NCBI RefSeq assembly: GCF_006345805.1
Contig: NC_043005.1
Span: 96,224,001 to 96,288,000, forward strand
Length of the DNA stretch: 64,000 nucleotides
Source: Octopus sinensis
Taxonomy: Eukaryota
Reading direction: 5' to 3'
Part shown: one piece after another, positions 60,591 through 64,000 of the stretch
Position numbering within the stretch: the stretch's first letter is position 1
Layout of the letters: each line of letters opens with the position of its first letter
Notes under the pieces: model-generated
The model's database searches: none
What the model was told of the DNA's origin: nothing
The model's input: the letters and a program-made list of their open reading frames with translations, nothing else
Program-made: the position numbers and the translations under genes

Positions 60591-61989
60591 TTGAGAAATA
60601 TTGGTTCTCATGGGTACACTGGTATTGGCACCACCTCTAAATACATCAAAAGAGTGGCATTCCATTGGCTGATATTGACAGTATTTTTTTCCACTGTACC
60701 CTTCCCTTGGCTGAACCGCCTGCAATTTTTGAAATACATAACAAAAGATAAAATTTTTTGTGAAAGTAGATACGAGACATCTCGTGAGGATCTCTTTCCA
60801 TTTATAAGACAGAACCGCACATATAGCTAAGAGTGGCTGTTATAAACCACCCTTGAATTAACAATAAATTGAATTAACCAATAAGTGAGCCTCTATATAG
60901 TCACTAGTCTTGTTAGAAACAGCAGCCAAATTGCTCTTGAATAACACCTTAACATCTTAAATAAAGAAAGAACACGTTGGATAATATATTGTATACATAG
61001 GTTCTGTGGTGAGCTCTAGGGCTGAAAAAGCCAGAGATTAACCTGGTTTCCATATTGTATAAGTGACTGAGATTGCAACACTTCTCACCTACTTGGATGG
61101 GATGTTGGTCCATCACAGAATTAACTTCCCAGCCTTTATTGGAGGGGAATGAAGCAAACTGAAACAAAGTGTTTTCGCTCAAAAACACAACACACCACCC
61201 AATCCAATAATCAAAACCAGGATCTTGTGACCACAAGTACATCACCCTAACAACTAGGCCATATGTCTTCATAATGTTCCACACACACTTTTGTATAAGC
61301 TGAATCCTCTTTGTGTTTATAATATTTTGGCTTCAGCCTTTGATTGCTGCACAAGTTACAAGTTGCTCTTCCTGAACACTGCAACTATGCTCATAGTTTT
61401 GTGTTTGATATGTAAAAAGCACCCAGTACACTCTGTGGTTTCTGCAGCTGGGTGTTGAAACCAAAACAGACTATAGAACCTGGTGTGGTTCCTGGCCTTG
61501 CCAGTTCTTGTCAAGCCATCTGACCCATGCCAGCATGGAGTACGGACATTAAATGTTGATGATGACACAACACATTTACCTGAAATAATTCCAATTATTG
61601 TCACATTATCACTAAAGTCTAGCAAAACCCCTGTAACCATAAATATCACAGCAATGGGTTTCTATGATCCGTGACTGGAACAAACAGACCGACTGATACA
61701 TTTTAATCACTACTCCCGTTTGACTGGCAATATTTGCAGAGTTTAATGGCCACTAGGATTACAACCAGCTGACAGAGAACAGGTCGTGTTTTGCACATGT
61801 ACAAAGTGTACATGTGGGTAAATTCATGTGACTGTATATCATCACAAATGCATTTGTTTTGCAGCTCAATTTAAGTCTGCTTACACACACGTGTGTGTGT
61901 GTGATGCCATCAACATATATTTGCTTACAATGCTGGTAATCATATAGATTGCATAGTGACAAGAGCCAACTCCACCGACATACTCAATC

Positions 61990-62430
61990 ATTTAGCTGTG
62001 TAGTTAAGAAGCTTGCTTTCTGTCAATGTGGTTTTGAGGTTCGGTCCCACTGCATAGCACCTTGGGCAAGTGTTTTCTACGACAGCCCTTGGCAGACCAA
62101 AGTCTTGTGAGTGGATTTGGTAGAAGGAACCTGACAGAAGCTTGTCATACATACACATATATATGTTCGTGTGTGTGTGTGTGCATGGACTTAGCTTGAC
62201 ATCATGTAATGGTTGTAAATGAGCATCATCATCATACAAGTGGTGTTGTTCGTTTCCAACCTTCCAGGAAAAACCTGTCTGACCATGGGGAAATATGACA
62301 TTGCTAGGGAGCAGGTGAGAGTTGATGGCAAGAAAAGCATGTGGACATAGAAAATCTGCCTCAACAAATTCCATCTGAATGATGCAAGTATGAAAAATTG
62401 GACATTAAAATGATAACGACGATGGTGTGT
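61990..62430 (+). mobile_element. tRNA-derived SINE, family A head with the RTE-type (GAT)n tail
   Basis: Same head as family A, then (TG)n, the ggggaaatat..aggtgagagttg..aggaagggcat-like body and ...gcaagtatgaaaaattggacattaaaatgat. Relatives lie at about 7130-7300, 12480-12810, 13045-13120 and 14290-14600. Confidence 0.8.
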
Positions 62431-62789
62431 ATATAAATGTGTGGAAGGGGAGGGGGTGGGGGGAGAGAGAGAAAGAGAGAGAATGTTAGTGTGTGACACA
62501 TATTCCAAGTCAAGAGCAAAGTTCAGTACATAGGTTATACACAGCAGCTTATCTGTGAATACAAACAGTAGTAGTTCATATCCCTTAAAATTCTGTAATC
62601 ACCATGACTGAAATGCCTCCAATCATAGACTGTTTGATCAGAATTGACTTGTGGCTTGACAATAACACTCAGTTGTAGTAGGAGTTACTAACAAGATACA
62701 ATATTCAACTAGCAACTAACCAATGACAATAAAGCAAATAAATTCTATACCCATTTAGAACCGAAACCATAGCCATCGTCATGCATCAT

Positions 62790-63190
62790 CATCATCATTG
62801 TTTAACGTCCGCTTTCCATGCTAGCATGGGTTAAACGTATGACTGAGGGCTGGCGAACCAGATGGCTGTACCAGGCTTCAATCTTGATCTGGCAGAGTTT
62901 TTACAGCTGGATGCCCTTCCTAACGCCAACCACTCCGAGAGTGTAGTGGGTGCTTTTTACGTGCCACTGGCACGAAGCCAATCAGGTGACACTGGCAACG
63001 ACCTCGCTTGAATCTTTTACACATGCCACCGGCGCGGGTGCCAGTAAGGCAATGCTGGTAACGATCATGCTCAAATGGTGTCTTTTACGTGCGACCGGCA
63101 AGGAGGCCAGATAGCCGCTCTGGCAACGACCATGCTCGGATGGTGCCCTTAATACCCTACTAGCATGGGGCTCGAGTGCCAGTAATGCAA
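62790..63190 (-). mobile_element. RTE 3'-UTR copy with VNTR modules
   Basis: (CAT)n-gtttaacgtccgctttccatgctagcatggg tail plus GTGCC..GGCAC modules. Other copies lie at about 1581-1900(-), 1938-2121(+), 3120-3275(-), 7721-7945(-), 13525-13836(+), 18186-18372(-), 51578-51766(+), 61420-61565(+) and 63585-64000(-). Confidence 0.88.
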
Positions 63191-64000
63191 TGCATGGCAA
63201 GCAAATGCTTTAGCTTCATGCATGGTGAATGTTTATTGTTTTACGCATATTTTGCTAGCTACATGTTCAAAGAGAACATTAAATGCATTGATAGCACTGG
63301 TTTTGGTGGGCCTACAAAGGCCATCTCCAAACTATTAATAAAGACAAAAGAAAAAAGAAAATCAATTAAAATTATTTTTCAAAACTTACAAACAAGACAG
63401 CTCCTGGAAAGCCTGTCCTCAGTAGAAAAGCAAGAAGTAGACTGTGAGAGCTGACACTTTACAATGGCAACAGCCTCACATATGATCTTTGCTATCAATT
63501 AAGTAGAATTTGGTGTGATACAGTACCAGACAAGATCAATGACAAATATCAACTCTTTTGATAGCAATCTGCCTGATACTTTCATCATCATCATCATTTA
63601 ATGTCTGCTTTCCATGCTGGCATGGGTTGGAGGGTTTGACTCAAAACTGGTAAACCAGGGAGCTGCACCAGGAGGTTCCAATCTGATTTGGCATGGTTTC
63701 TACAGCTGGATGCCCTTCCTAACACCAACCACTCCAAGAGTGTAGTGGGTGCTTTTTACACACCACCCGCATGGGTTCCATTGAACTGACACCAGCATCA
63801 GCCCCAACTACAAACGCATTTGGCCCAACAGGTCTTCTCAAGCATGGTATATCACCGAAGGTCTCTGTCTCCTGTCACTGCCTCCATGTGGTCCAACACT
63901 CAAATAGTACTTTTTAGGTGCCACCAGCACAGGTGCCCACGACTATGATCTCACTTGGCTTGACAGGTCTTCACAAGGATGGTACCCTGTAACAAATTTC

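Noticed and set aside
60116-60830. ORFs 60116-60313(-), 60498-60725(-), 60591-60830(+) and 60608-60820(-) in unique-looking sequence
   Set aside because: They are short, have no recognisable motif or consistent splice structure, and partly overlap a MITE.
61580-61674. 95-nt exon-like segment upstream of exon 3, considered as the missing first coding exon
   Set aside because: All three frames from the acceptor are closed, and its internal ATG frame ends in phase 1, incompatible with phase-0 exon 3. It could be non-coding but is unsupported.

Overview
AT-rich eukaryotic genomic DNA, almost certainly from an octopod cephalopod (Octopus-type SINE, RTE-LINE and MITE families; species assignment is inference). 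The whole window lies inside one minus-strand gene, the TSC2 (tuberin) orthologue. I reconstructed 25 GT-AG coding exons (59112 down to 899; 2915 nt, 971 codons plus 2 nt, no in-frame stop). Their phases, and for most their lengths, match human TSC2 exons 3-25 and 27, with human exon 5 split in two. The ATG exon was not found and the C-terminal GAP-domain exons lie outside the window. Introns are packed with tRNA-derived SINEs, 5'-truncated RTE LINEs, piggyBac-type and Tc1/mariner MITEs, one near-full-length decayed mariner, a long-TIR foldback element and microsatellites. The most striking unexplained signal is a type I hammerhead ribozyme with an intact catalytic core (19211-19294). It sits on the TSC2 sense strand inside an intron, has a palindromic minimal stem III (Penelope/retrozyme type) and an unusually long 57-nt stem II domain. 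There are no rRNA, true tRNA or CRISPR features. Comparisons to human TSC2 and repeat families are from recalled sequence, not database searches, and repeat boundaries are approximate unless TIR/TSD-defined.
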